A DNA stretch of 64,000 nucleotides, taken from assembly GCA_043228905.1 (NCBI GenBank), contig JBHGNT010000011.1:15686001-15750000 (forward strand). Reading direction: 5' to 3'. The DNA comes from Azolla caroliniana. Lineage: Eukaryota > Plantae > Polypodiophyta. This document shows, piece after piece, positions 1 through 13,497 of the stretch. The position numbers and the translations under genes were made by a program. The notes beneath the pieces are model-generated. The model was not told the DNA's origin. It did not search any database and saw only the letters and a list, made by a program, of their open reading frames with translations. Each line of letters begins with the position of its first letter. The stretch's first letter is position 1.

Positions 1-366
1 AATCATTAGACCAAAATAAAGTAAAAACAAGCTAAATAGATTGGATTGAAGAACCCGTTCCACCCGACCACCCTCGAGCTATGATCTAGGATATTTGGAT
101 GACCAATACCTTGGAAGAGATAACACGATTGTTGTGACGAAAGCCTAGCCCACACCACCACGGTGTAAGATAGCAACCTTGCGACATAATATGCTTATGA
201 GGGTAGCTAAGCCTCATATTTATACCTCTCCCTAGGCCCCTATCTAAAAGACTCTCCATTCATTAGTTGTCCAAATCATGATAGTGCATGCACCTATCAT
301 TCTTTCTATCCAATCACATTAGTCCCTTTTTAACATTAGTGAACATACCCTTCACTTATTTAAATA

Positions 367-679
367 GGGAAAAGTACCAGGATACCCCTGGAAGTTTGTC
401 TATTTACCAGGATGCCCCTAAAAGTTCCAAATTTACCAAACTACCCCTATGTCCAAAAAATTACACTTTATAAAGTAATTATACACTCAAATCTACAAGC
501 CCTATTTACCAAAGATGGAAGAAATGGACCTGAACTAGCCCTATTTGCCAAAGATTTGAGTGTATAATTACTTTATAAAGTGTAATTTTTTGGACATAGG
601 GGTAGTTTGGTAAATTTGGAACTTCTAGGGGCATTATGGTAAATAGACGAATTTCCAGGGGTATCTTGGTACTTTTCCC
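367..679. mobile_element. Mutator-like (MULE) MITE / foldback element
   Basis: 128-bp terminal inverted repeats (367-494 and 552-679, GGGAAAAGTACC...GGTACTTTTCCC) with a perfect 9-bp TSD ATTTAAATA (358-366 and 680-688). No coding capacity. Confidence 0.9.
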
Positions 680-2885
680 ATTTAAATATTAGTGACCTAC
701 CCTCACCTACTTTATGTGTACATAACATACTCCCCTAGTTTCAAAATATTGCACTCTTGCAATATAAAGTGAGGAAATTGTGCCTTAAGAGTATGTTCGC
801 GTTCCCATGTGGCATCATCAATAGGTTTATCCATCCATTGGATTTTGAATAGCCGAATCTCTTATAACGTAAAAGTTTAGTACGAGAATCAAGAATTCGT
901 TTAGGAACATGAGGTTTGTAATAAAAATCCTCTAATGTTACAACATCCTAGACTGTGATGGTGTTCAAGTACCTCATTATTGTCCATGATGCGTGATTTT
1001 TTCTTATTTTTTATCTTTAAATTAAAGTATAATCTTCAAATGAATTCGATAGATTGCAAGCATATGTTCAATGGGAGTTGATATCTTGAGTTCTTCCTCT
1101 ATCTCCAAATATGCTCAAATGGCATCATATCAAAAGCTTTCTTAAAATCTCCGAACCAAGAATATAATCATTTACTGTTTAAACAATTTTATTCCATTAG
1201 CACTAAAAGAATAACAAGGTTATCGATGGTACTATAGTGTTTCCAAAAACCAACTTGTCTATAAGCCCTCTCACCAATCTTTCCTTCCCATGAGACACGT
1301 TATGTTACAATGCACAATTACATGCATCTCTTATACAAACATGTGCTTCCTTTCCTATCCATTTGAGCATTCTATCATGATACCTTGAAGATATTCTACC
1401 TTGTGCGAGGCCAATTTCTTAAGCACAAAGCATACATCCTTTCTAGTAAAGAAAGAAGGCATGTGTGAAAGAGAACATAGCACATAATATTTCCAACATT
1501 CGATTTCTTGTATACCTTTGTACAACTGATATGCAAATCTAAAACAATTAAGTTACCATATTCTCAAAGTGTTTCTTGTTGAGATTTCTCAAAAAAATTC
1601 CACATATATTTTGCTCTCGCTCTTTTTTAAACTAAGTCTTTTGCATGCATGTCGATAAATTTGCCGGTTTCCGTTTCTTTGACTACATCTAAAGGTGTAC
1701 GGTACTTTCGAGTTTCATGATATTTCTACTCTAACCATTTTTTTTTTTCGTGAGCTACATTTCTTGGCACGATTGCTAGGCATATGGTTAATTAAAAAAC
1801 ATTTCTTTGTGGATGAGAAAGTGACTTTTATGAAAGCTTCCTAGTGTTGGAAGATGTACAATTTTTTTCTCTCTTGTCATATAACCTAAATCATCTTAGT
1901 GTGCATGTGTTTTTTTTAGTCTATGCCCAAATATAATTGTTTTGCGTAGTGATTTGACTTCATATACTCAAAGTCTTCTAGACATTTATAGATATGATCC
2001 AAGATACATATGGTCAATCACACTATATGTGAATCGTGTGGAATCCGGATACTATGCAAGATATTATATATCTAGCTTATGTAAGAGTAACATATACTCA
2101 ATCACATGATTTGCATTATGTATCATTCCATAAAGATATACCATTCCATAAAGTAACTTTTCTAGATTGAACAAGACCATTTCATCCATAGAAGACCAAC
2201 TCTAGATGTCTATATCCTCTTTAATCCTTGAGTTATCTGACATCAAAGATTCATGTGCATCATATTGCAAAATTCTTATGCCAACATTCATGTCTCATAA
2301 AGAAAAGGACATCTTTCTTGGCTTTGAAGTAACCAATGTCATTTTCTAGATTGGCAAAAAGGTTAGTCTTTCTTAAGTATAAAAATTAGAATCATGACGA
2401 GGGATGTAACATCAAACTACAAAAATAGGAGGCATATCTACAACTTATGCTCGTCATCTTTAAAAGTAGAAACACCATTTCCTATTCTCCCTTTGAATAA
2501 AACATGCCACTCTCCTTTTCCTCTTTGTTGTCGTTGATTTTTTCCCTATACCATGGAGTGTGCATTATATTTGTCCACACCTTGCATCCTTTAAGAATCA
2601 TGCTACCAAGTTGGATTAAGAAGTATAATAGTTGATTCATTGGTTAGCTTATCTATGACAATGCTCACATTCCATGGGTATCAATTGCAACTTTAAAAAA
2701 ACATAATCAAAGAATACATGAATCAAGTCTTTTTTCTAAACAAATATTCTTCTCCTTGTTTTCCTTTCACCTATTCTCCACCTTGCAACTCCAATAATGT
2801 CACATGAGGTATGATGAATGATTTGTCATAGAACGCGATGGGCTGCCTTGGTTAGCCTACACCTATCCTCTCCCATTTGTTGTGC

Positions 2886-3089
2886 ATACACCACGAGTCC
2901 TTTTGTTCAAGAACCTAATCTCTCCATGACTTTGTTGTGCATACATTCTTCATTTTACTTGTAACATCACGTCCCATTCTTCAAAGAATACATGAATTAG
3001 TCTTATAGTCTTATACACCACGAGTCTTTATTTGTTCAAGAACCTAATCTATCCATGACTTTATTATGCTTACATTCTTCATTTTACTT
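2886..3089. repeat. Diverged ~75-bp direct repeat pair
   Basis: ATACACCACGAGTC...GTTCAAGAACCTAATCT...CATTCTTCATTTTACTT occurs at ~2886-2960 and ~3013-3089. Confidence 0.7.
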
Positions 3090-3579
3090 CACTTCTCATG
3101 GTGTCTACATTCTCCTCTTTTAATGCATACTCATGTTCATTCTTGTTTAAGTGTTCATTTACCTCCGTACAAGCTCTCTGAGATTGTTTCACCTCATCCT
3201 CAAGTTGTATGAATAATGTGGATTACATCTCAAGCATTTTTTTTATTCTTATTTTTAACGAGGAGAACCCTTTAATTTTCCATTCTCCATCATGAGTGCC
3301 CACAAATCTTCACCTTGATTGTTATTGGTGTATTATAATGAATCAAGCGACTCATAATCACATCGCTTCTGTTTTTGGTGGAGTTGATGGACTGACAACA
3401 AGAATATTTTGTGATTTAGGCTCATTCTCTATTATATAAACAAACTTTGTAACCTTCTCATGAGTGTTAACCATGTGAACCTAACTCTATAAGAATTGTA
3501 GTTTTGAAATAATATGTATACCTTTTCTTGCTTAGAAATTTCCTCTTTTTAGGAGAGAGGATGAGATACAATGAAAAAA

Positions 3580-3826
3580 TCAAAACTCAAAACTCAATAG
3601 GGACTCAAAGAATCTATGATAGACCTTAAAGAAGATGAAGCACACATTGAAGAATATTGACATCTTGTAGGTTATGACATGTCCAAATATAGAAGTAGCA
3701 TGAAAAAACTTTTCATATAGTCGGTCCCAAAAGTTACTCATTTTGTTGTACTCCCACGTTAAAATCATGTTGTATGGTATACAATATAATTCAACCACTT
3801 TATGCCAGAGTTTGCCTCGACAATCC
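3580..3826 (-). mobile_element. Highly degenerate Ty3/gypsy integrase remnant, interrupted by the L1 insertion
   Basis: Translation HKVVELYCIPYNMI...KMSNFWDRL resembles the gypsy integrase core pattern VVxLHGxPxxIxxDR...FxSxFWxxL. Confidence 0.35.
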
Positions 3827-4070
3827 AAGAAAGTATATCTATAGGAATACGAACAACAAACAACAGGAGGTGCTCGTCGGGAGGCTGCACGAACAACGAC
3901 TCACAGTGATGGCGGTGATGACAGCAGAGGGGGCATCAACCAACGTCTCAGAACTTGTGGAGGTTGCACGAACTGCAACTCGAAATCCTCTTGCCACCAA
4001 GGGGACGTAGGTATGTGAGGATCGAACCTCTAATGATTATGATGATGATCTAGAACAGGGGATAGAGGGG

Positions 4071-5069
4071 ATGAATAGGTTAGGTGATAACTCAATGCAA
4101 GCTATGGGAGCCTTCGTTCTCTCCCCGGAAGAAGAATGCATCATGGAGAGTGAAATTGCAAGACTTAGACAGGAATCATTTGTGGTGAAAGTGGTGGGTA
4201 GTCGACCAAATCGCCCGTTGTTGCGTGATTGGTTGCAAAGTTGCTTGCAAGAAAACCTTGGAAGAGTGAAGGACATCACATTTATGGGAAAGGGGTTCTA
4301 CCATGTTATTGTGATGCCTGATACGAATATATGCAAAATTATCGAGAACAGTCCGTTGACATGGCACAATGCAAGAGCGTATGTATTCAAATGGGATGTA
4401 GATTTTGACATGTGTAAAGCAAATGCTTGTATAGGAAATCCAGCAGTAATAACGGCCTTTTTCCCTGGTTTACCTAAGCAATGGGAGTCCTTTCTCCCAA
4501 CCATTGGGAAGAGTACGGGAGGGCAATGTTTGGAAAAAACATTTGTAGAGAGAGTAAGTGAAACGCGGAGGATGAAATTAATTGTCTCTGATGTAAAGAC
4601 CTTACCACAAACAATGGTGCTAAGCAGCAAACTCATGCCTGACCATGTACAACCAGTGGAATATGCCGGACTTCCAGGGCAATGCTTTGTATGTAGACAA
4701 ATGGGGCATATGGCCCGAGAATGCCCTAGAGGTAAGGAGATCATGCATCGTAGAAATGAGAAGTATGGATGGAAAAGCCCAACAAGTTTGACACAACAGA
4801 ATAATATGAGAACAAACCATGCAATGCGGATGAATGAAGATGGATGGAAGTATATGAATAATAAAGGAAAACAAAAAATTATGCTTGGACAAGAATGGCC
4901 TCAACTTAGCAACAAATATGAACTCTTAACCGTAGAGGACAATGAAAACATAGCTAATGACAAGGAAGCAAGATCAAAGGCACATTCGGAGAGCAACTTT
5001 GTGAATGTTATTAATGATATGCAGACATGGCAGCAGGAAGACAATGTGTTAGTGGTTGAAACTAATTAG
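4071..5069 (+). pseudogene. L1 ORF1p (RRM/DUF4283-like region plus CCHC zinc knuckle)
   Basis: CFVCRQMGHMAREC knuckle. The N-terminal VVKVVG...FMGKGFY...SPL...VFKW pattern is typical of plant L1 ORF1. It is in frame with ORF segments 3774-4010 and 5070-5834. Confidence 0.85.
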
Positions 5070-5791
5070 ATGCATCAAGAATGTATGGATGAGGAAGGAG
5101 AAATAAGAAATCAAAAGGATGTAAGCCCCTTGAAAGAGCAAGATAAGTCGCTAATGACAACCCAACATATTAAGGGGATAGCAAAAATGAAAAGGCACAT
5201 GCATGCTAGAAAAGAGGAAGAGAATGGGATGGAGAAACATAAAGGTATGCGTAAATGGTCAACAGTGAAATGGAATTCTCAATACAAAGTGACCCCCCTA
5301 TCGACTACTGGGCAACAAATCAAATTGAAACTTACAGGAAAAAAGTGGTTCAAGGAAATGTGTGGGGTTGAGATGAAGAAGGACATCATGTGTAGAATCA
5401 ATATCTATAGTCATTGTGAGGACGAAGATCAAATCGTTGGACTGTCCTGTATGCTGGTCGTGGGAAATAAGGAGCCCCACAACAGAGAAGAAACACTCGG
5501 ATGGTTGGAACAACAAATGGGTGCTCATGTAGATTCAACATATGGTACCGCAATAAGTGTGAAAATGAAAAGACAATGGAAAGATGCCATGCTATGGGGC
5601 TCGGGCAAGGCGAATGAGCAAGGAATATGCTATATAAATGTGAAATTTAGGAAGCTGCCTCGAATGATCACGGAATTCATGGTATACCACCTTGAAATGG
5701 TGACACTAGAAGAGGATAATCTCCAAGATATGATCTTTGCTAACCTAGTGGAAGCTGAAAATGCATTGGCTGGGCCACTAAAGAGGCACGG

Positions 5792-8700
5792 TATACAAGG
5801 AATATACAAGGAATATACAAGGAATTGGTGGTAGCCAATTCCACATGAAGAAGAATGTATTAGCTGCTGAAATTCAGCGATGCACGGAGGCAATAGTGCC
5901 TGATGTTATCATGGTGCAAGAGCATCACCTAGATGGGGATAAGATCGACAAAATTGGAAACATATGCCCTGGGAGTTGGACCAATACATGGTCGGCAGCT
6001 ACGGGGGACAGACAGATTCATGGGGGAGTACTCATAGCAATGAAAGCTAAGTATAATGCAACATTCACAAGCAGAGGATGTTTAGTAGAGGGTCGGGCTG
6101 TCTATATAAGGATAAAACATAGATATGGGCACTTGGGCATACTGAACATATATGCCCCAAATTCTGCTACTGAAAGAAAGGAATTTTGGTTGCAACTAGT
6201 GGACAAGAAACCAGATGTAGATCTGTGGATCATTGGAGGAGATTTTAATATGGTGGAGCAACAAGAAGATAGAAGCGGAAATGCAAATGGCACGGTGCAA
6301 GGGGCGGAAAAAGATGCATGGGATAAGTTTAGCATATAATGTGATAGATTGTTGGAATGCATCTAACTTTCAGATGCAAAAAGAAAAATCTCTTCTATAC
6401 TCTAGAGTAAGAGGAAGCGTTCATGGGAGGACAATGTCCAGGTTGGACAGATGGTATTTGGACCCTCGGCTCATAGATATGAAAGGCAAATGCATAATTT
6501 GTCCTAGAACGATGTTCTTAGACCATGCACTTGTCCTGTTACATATAAAAGAAAACAGTCGATGCAATCCACATAATGTGAAGGTGAGCAAGGAGTTGGT
6601 CATGGACAATAAATGGACTAATGATATAAGAAGACTATGGTCTAATGTCAAATGGATGTATCATGATCCCGCTCATAGGCTGGCTGGGAAAATTGAGGAA
6701 TGTGCATGTTTCTTTCGGAAGAAAGCAATTGAAATTAGAAAGGAGATGAAGGAGAAACTACAAAGAATGCAATGGACACTCGCTTCTATGCAGCGACTAA
6801 GAGAACAATACCCGAATAATGTATGGATTGAGGCCCAACTAGAGGAGGCAAAATGCAAACTGGATATGTATCAGAAACTAAGGACTACTAATGCCTATCG
6901 TAGCAAAGCAGTAAATTGGATGAGGGTAGGAGACCGTGTTACGAAAGGTTTTTTTGAAGCTGTAAAATGCAAAGGCTCTGGGACCCAACCTTCATGTTTG
7001 AAAAAGACAGATGGCACAATGATCACGTGCGCGAAGGAAATGCTTGGAATGGCCATGAGCTATTATATGCAACTACTGAATGTATGCAACGAGGAACATA
7101 TTGAGCAGGATGCCTTTAGAAATATAATAAATAGGATACCGAAGAGAGTTTCAACTCAGATGATGGACCGTCTAAATACCCCTATTTGTATACAAGAATT
7201 GTGGGATGCAATTTCAGATATGAACAAACAAAGCTGTGCAGGCATAGATGGACTCCCTATATATTTTTACATCAAATATTGGGATTTAATTAAGGATGAC
7301 ATGTTGGAAGGGATGCAATACATTATGGCTGAAGGTTTAATGCCTCCGACACTGTGTCAAGGAATGATTTATTTAATTCCCAAGGATGGGAAAGATCTAA
7401 CTATGCTTGATAATTGGCGACCTTTGACGATTCTCACTAATGGCTATAAGATCATGGCTAAAGTTGTAAGTAGTCGATTGAAAACGGTCCTAGGGGACAT
7501 AATACATACAACGCAAACTGGCTTCCTCGAAAACCGGAGCATTGTTGACAATGTGATAACTTTTTGGGAGTATTCAACATGGGCAGAGGAGCAAGAAGTG
7601 GACCTAGCAGTAATGTTACTCGATTTTGAAAAAGCATATGACAGGATCTCATGGGAATTCCTAGAAGCAGTGATGGCTGCCCTAGGCTTCGAGCAGCAAT
7701 GGATCCTTGGATTGGCTGCCTTTTATAGGGATGCTTCCAGCCAAGTTTTAATGGCTGGAAGCTTGGGGAAGAGCTTTAGGATGACACGATCGGTACGCCA
7801 GGGATGCCCATTGGCACCGTACCTATTCATTATTGCAGCGGAAGCGTTGCATTATCAGATTAGTGATAGATATTGGCAAATACAAGGCCTTCCCCTACCC
7901 GAGGATGCAGGAATGATGCTTGATACAGAATATGTTGATGATACAACAATTTATGTTAAGGGGGATGCAAACAACTTGGACAGACTACAAAGTGCAATAA
8001 ATGAGTTTTGTAGGGGGTCAGGTGCGAATATAAACTGGAATAAATTAGTGGGCATTTGGATTAGCAATAAGCCTGTGGTAAATTGGGCTCCAGACCCTAA
8101 TTTCAGATGGTTGAGGAGAGGAGAAGCTACTAGATACTTGGGTTTCAAAATCGGGATGGACATTGATCACTCAGAACACTACACTCTACTTGTGGACAAA
8201 ATAAAAGCGAAGTTAATATGGTGGAATGCAAGAAAATTATCCTTTGCAGCCAAGATTGTGATTGCAAATCAGGTGCTAATGGCCACAATATGGCATACTG
8301 CGGCATGTTGGATAATCGCACCCAAGTTGATGAAATTGATAAAAAGGTTGATTAGAAATTTCTTATGGGGGGGCACCGAGGAAAAACATGCTTGTGCAAA
8401 GGTTGCATGGACTACACTCATAAAAGATAAACGTGAAGGTGGGGTGGGACTAATAGATCCTGTGGTGCAAATGAAGGCTTTGCTAGGCAAATTGGTGGTC
8501 AGGAGCTTGCAACCACCTGAGGCACCTTGGAAAATTCTCTGGCGACGTAGATGGAAGATGTGGTTGCCAAGACATGGTGGGAGTTGGCCAAGTAGCCCCT
8601 TTTGGGGGTTTGTGCTTGAAATGTGACCCAAATACCGGGGATGTACACAGAGTATATGCGCTGTTGGAATTATGAAGGCATGGAATGGAATAAGAAAGGG

Positions 8701-10131
8701 AATCGTTTGTAGGTGGAGAAATGATGCATATGCTCGAATGTACATGCCTATTGTTTGGAACCCATTAATTAGAGATGTGGATGGGCTGATGATAGGACAA
8801 AAAACAGGTTTCAAATGGGCCAATTTAATCAATGCCCAAGGGAATACATTGGCAAATTGGAAGAGATTTCTACGTAATGATGTGGGCACTCAAAAGGCTA
8901 GAATATGAAGGATAAACAAGGGTAAATGCATGCTAATGAGGATTACAGATGCCTTTGCACGCAACGGGCAAATCTTGGAAGAAGCAGCCATAAGCCCCTC
9001 TGAAATGGAATGGACAGGACTCATTGATGCTGAAAATTATATAATCGGAATTAAGGGAACGAAAGCCGACTCTAATGAGGCATGCTACTACAAAATAGAG
9101 CATAGAAGGGTAATATGTGAGTAACCAGCCTATCAAACTAAAGGCCGATTAGGTTGCTTGCAAAAAATGGAAAGGCTATGATAGTTGACCCCGAACTGAG
9201 TGAGCTCAAACCAACGACAGTGTGTTGACCGATGGAAGGGCATTCAAATAAGCTATCATGGGACCCCACAATGTATTTTTGGAAAACTCAAGGTCCAAGT
9301 GATGGTGCCAAGTTGGTGCAATTTTTCAGGTACAACACGAAAATCCGGAGGCAAATTATCCTAAAACAAGAACACCAAGATATTGCAGCTTGTAAATTTT
9401 GGATACAAGAGGGCATTAGTGAAAGGAGATTAGCTAAATTCTAGAAAATGATATGGCATGACAGCGGTGACCGCAAGATAATGATGTGCTTATGGCTTAT
9501 TGTGCATAGAGCCTTGCCAGTAGGGGCATGGGCTAAAGGCCCCAATGTAGACCCAAGATGTAGTGCATGTGGACAACTAGAAAGCATTTCCCATTGTCTT
9601 TGGGAATGTCATGAGGCTACGGTAGTATGGAGAAGGGCATTACGATTGCTTTGCCATGCCTCTAGCTCATTTACCCTCAATTGGGGACATGCTTGTTGGA
9701 ATTGTCTTGATGATGACGTAGAGAATTTTGATAGCACATGTACAACTATGTACAGAGGGGAGAATGGAACTGTTCGAGTGATTGTTGGTAACAGTGCACC
9801 TAGAAGTAATGCCCAGAAGCAGAAAATTGTAGATCTATGGAAGTTGTTAGCATCCATTATCATATGGAACATTTGGACCGCAAGATGTACGAGGGTATTT
9901 TCAGCAAACAAACGGCCTCCAGCAGAATCTATTAAGCTAATATGGCACATGCTAATAACTACATTGAGGGCCCAATATGAGCGGATTGATGGAACAGATG
10001 ATGCTTCAGATTTAATGAGGTTGAAATTCAGAAAATGATGGTGTACTACACTGATGGCTACAGAAATTGGAGTGGAGATACGATGGCAGTACGTAGTACC
10101 GAGATGGCTGTTCCCCCCTCCCATTAGATGA
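5792..10131 (+). pseudogene. L1 ORF2p: APE endonuclease, reverse transcriptase and zf-RVT, disrupted by stops and frameshifts
   Basis: Endonuclease motifs NIQG, VQEHH, NIYAP, GGDFN, SRLDR, DH. RT motifs NWRPL, LDFEKAYDRI, VRQGCPLAP, YVDD, YLG. C-terminal CSACGQLESISHCLWEC. Confidence 0.92.
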
Positions 10132-13100
10132 TAGAGGAGCGTGAATGACACGACAAACATGGAGAACAAACATGTGGGCTATTTAGTGTAAGATAAATAA
10201 GTGATGTAGTCCATATGGAAGTAGGTAATGTCTAAAGTTGTGTATTGTATGTCATTTTAACTAATGGAGTATATTCTTCTTTTGGAAAAAAAAGAAAGAA
10301 AGTATATCTATACTTGTGGTAGTCACATGTTTTCCTTTTAGCAAGAGAGATTCCTTATAAGGTTTCACATCCAAGTGATAGGCTTCATAATCTTTTCAAT
10401 GTTCAGATTGTCATATTAGTAGTGTCTTAGAGAGAATTGCACTTCCAAGGTCACGAATGAGTTAAGAAGATTGCCTTCCTCTCGTTGGGCTAACGGAGGA
10501 GTCGAGGGACGTCACTCCCCAATGAAACAGATGATGTTATACATGAACAATAACAACACTTATCGCTTCGCTCCATTTAGCTGTGAAAGCCTCCAAGGCT
10601 TCTTGAGCTAATATAAAATTAACACACACCTAATCACTACATTAATCAAGAAATATTATTATCCTAATTAAATAGATATTTATTGCATAAAAAAATATAA
10701 GGTGTCTAAATTAAGTTAAAAGACATTTTTATCTTGATTCATTAGTAAGCAATGTCGAACAATGATGACCAAAAGGTAACCCCAAAGCAAGGGCATCAAA
10801 GGCCCATTTTACGTGAGAGCTGTTGCCCTTCTATAAAAGTTAGAAAACCTTAAACGCTTCTTTACACATTATAAGCCCATTCGGCATTAACCATTCTTAC
10901 TACTAAAGTGTAGTTGCCCACAAATTATAATATGGTCAAGTTACTTACATACATTTGGCTAATGACCAATATTGCAAATATTATGCCTTAATAGGGTTTT
11001 TAAAACTAAAGAATATAACATTATCTCCTTTTAAGAGGCTTAATCAAACTCATGATAGCACTTGTGATTGTTCCAATAAAAGAAGGCAAAATAATTTTGA
11101 TTTTATTAAGCTCAAGTTTAAATTTGTCAATCTCTCTATAAGAAGCCAAGCATCCCATGAACTCAAACTCGGGCTTATGATTGGTTTCTTCGGCATTTAG
11201 TAGGAGCAAATGTATAATATAACTTAATTGGTAAGGAGTTCATCTTCAACATTGGGTAATGATAATTAATCTAAATGAACTGTCTCAATAATGGCTATCA
11301 ACCTTGGTATGCATAATGTAAAATCATTGTCTTTAACCTTAATGTCGTGGATTCAACTTTTGAGCAATGGGCCTAACTTTATCTCCACATCACAAGTACT
11401 ATGCTCAAAGAGCCATCTTAAAAGAAAATATAAAGAATGGGTATAAAAAATTTCTATTTTAATAGAAATATACCTATTAACTTGTATGTTGTGATAGTGA
11501 AGACTTGTACCAATCCAAAAGGTGTCCCTTGACTATACATTGAACCCTATGGTCCACCAACACGTGCTACTAAAGTTGTACAATGTGCAATGTGCAATGT
11601 GCATGCATGATCGTATACTTGTACTAATTGCATTCTCAAGTTCATGACAAGATAAATAATTCAAAAGACGGAAGAAAGACAAATGATGGGCGTGGGCTAG
11701 ATTTTAAGAATGAGGCAATTTGTTACTATTTTACCACAAAATGTTCAATTAATTTGGAAGATACACCAAAACTTCTAGTTATATAGCAAAATCGTCGAAA
11801 ACTGCCAAAAAAGTCATACGTTAATTGACAAACAACGACTAAGAAACTTTTGGTCTTTCCTCTCACCACTTTTCATGTCCTTTCTAAATTCATGGACCTT
11901 ATTCCCTTTGTAGGGCACTTTTAAAAAAGACAATCTAAACTATACTAGAAGTTGAAGGTAATGTGGTAGGATATCCACTCTTGTGTGGCAGAAATTCATT
12001 GAGGATGGATTTGCTTGAAAATGTGAGGAAAGTATCTCCACCATGTAGTATCAAATCCACACAAGCCTAATCAATAGCAAGAACTTTAACTCAAACTAGT
12101 CATTGAGAGCGTCCACACCTGTGCTCACAATGCTTCATGTCAAGTTTTTGTGAGCAGTATCTCACTTCCTTTGATAATAAAAAAAGAACCATATGGCTAT
12201 ATCGCCAATATGATTCCATTCACTACACAACAATAACGATCGTTTACAAACTTTTTCTTGATGATTCACATTTATTTAGTCCTTCAACATTTTGAGGAAC
12301 TATGATAAGTTAAGTTTGTCCTTAGGTCATTAGGATCCATGTATCCTCTCGTAATGCTTTAGTATGAGATTGCATGACGATAGGGTTTAAGGGAAGGTAA
12401 TATGATAGGATTGTCAGTCTGTGACAACTTGTGAATTAAGAATGCATCGTTAGACCACAAGCTTCTAGATTGGAGCATCTTGTTACTCCGCAAAGTATAT
12501 TAGCTTTCCTTGAACTCTAAACCCTATAATCATGCAATGTCATAGTCAAGCATCTTGTGAGAGGATACATGGGACCTAATGACACTACAATCTAGAACCG
12601 AAATTGGTTTCATGATGATTGACAGATGATAAGACCACGGTAAGATTCCTGGGCCCGAGATAGGAAGGTTGTGGGTCGAGATCCGGAGCGAGGGCAAAGA
12701 TGGGCGAGTCTGCAATGGCGATCCAAAAAAGGTACCTAGCAAGTGTGGGATCCAAAGGGTCGGTGAAGTGAAGAAATGATTAGTTTGGACGGAGAGGGAG
12801 AGGGAGAGGGAGAGGGAGAGACATGGACGTATATATATATTTAAAATGGAAGCTTATATCTCCCCAGAAGAGAAAGGGAAAAAACAGCCAGCCAATTAAT
12901 TGAGATTGGGCTAAGGAACTCGTCTTGGAGACTCTTGCAATGAATAAACCAAAAAGCTTTTATTTTTGGCCCGTCCAATAATTCCTTTTGTTTTTGTGCT
13001 TCGCTTTTTCGTCTTTGTGTGTGTGTGTGTGTGTTTTTGGGTGGGGGGGGGGGGGGGTGGGGCACACTTTGTTTTTAGTTATAGTTAAACCTGACGAAAT

Positions 13101-13388
13101 CATACGTAGACAGAGACACACACACAAAACAGACATGACAAAGACACACAGAGAAGAGATGGGGGCCCGGAGGGGGGGGCCCAAAAAAGGAGAAACAAAA
13201 AGTAAAAATTTAAAAAAAGCGACCAAAAAAAGAACCCAAAATTTACCAGTAATTTTATATACAAGAAAAGCCCCCAATAAAAAGAAAATACAAAATAAAA
13301 TAAAAATACCCCATGCACGCAAAAGAGAGAAAACCCCACCCCCACCCCCAACCTTTTCCTCTCTCTTCTTTTCCGCTTTTTGTTTTTC

Positions 13389-13422
<34 letters not shown>

Positions 13423-13497
13423 GTTTTCCTTTTTTTCTGTCTTCCTTCTTCCTTCCTTCCTTCCTTCTTCCTTCTTCTTCTGATTCTGATCGGAAAA

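Larger units (their letters stand above)
3844..10295 (+). mobile_element. Full-length L1-clade LINE, mutated
   Basis: 17-bp TSD AAGAAAGTATATCTATA at 3827-3843 and 10296-10312; A-rich tail 10286-10295; ORF1 and ORF2 domains in canonical order. Confidence 0.95.

Noticed and set aside
12619-12638. TTGACAGATGATAAGACCAC, resembling miR156/157
   Set aside because: Several mismatches or indels and no complementary star arm nearby.
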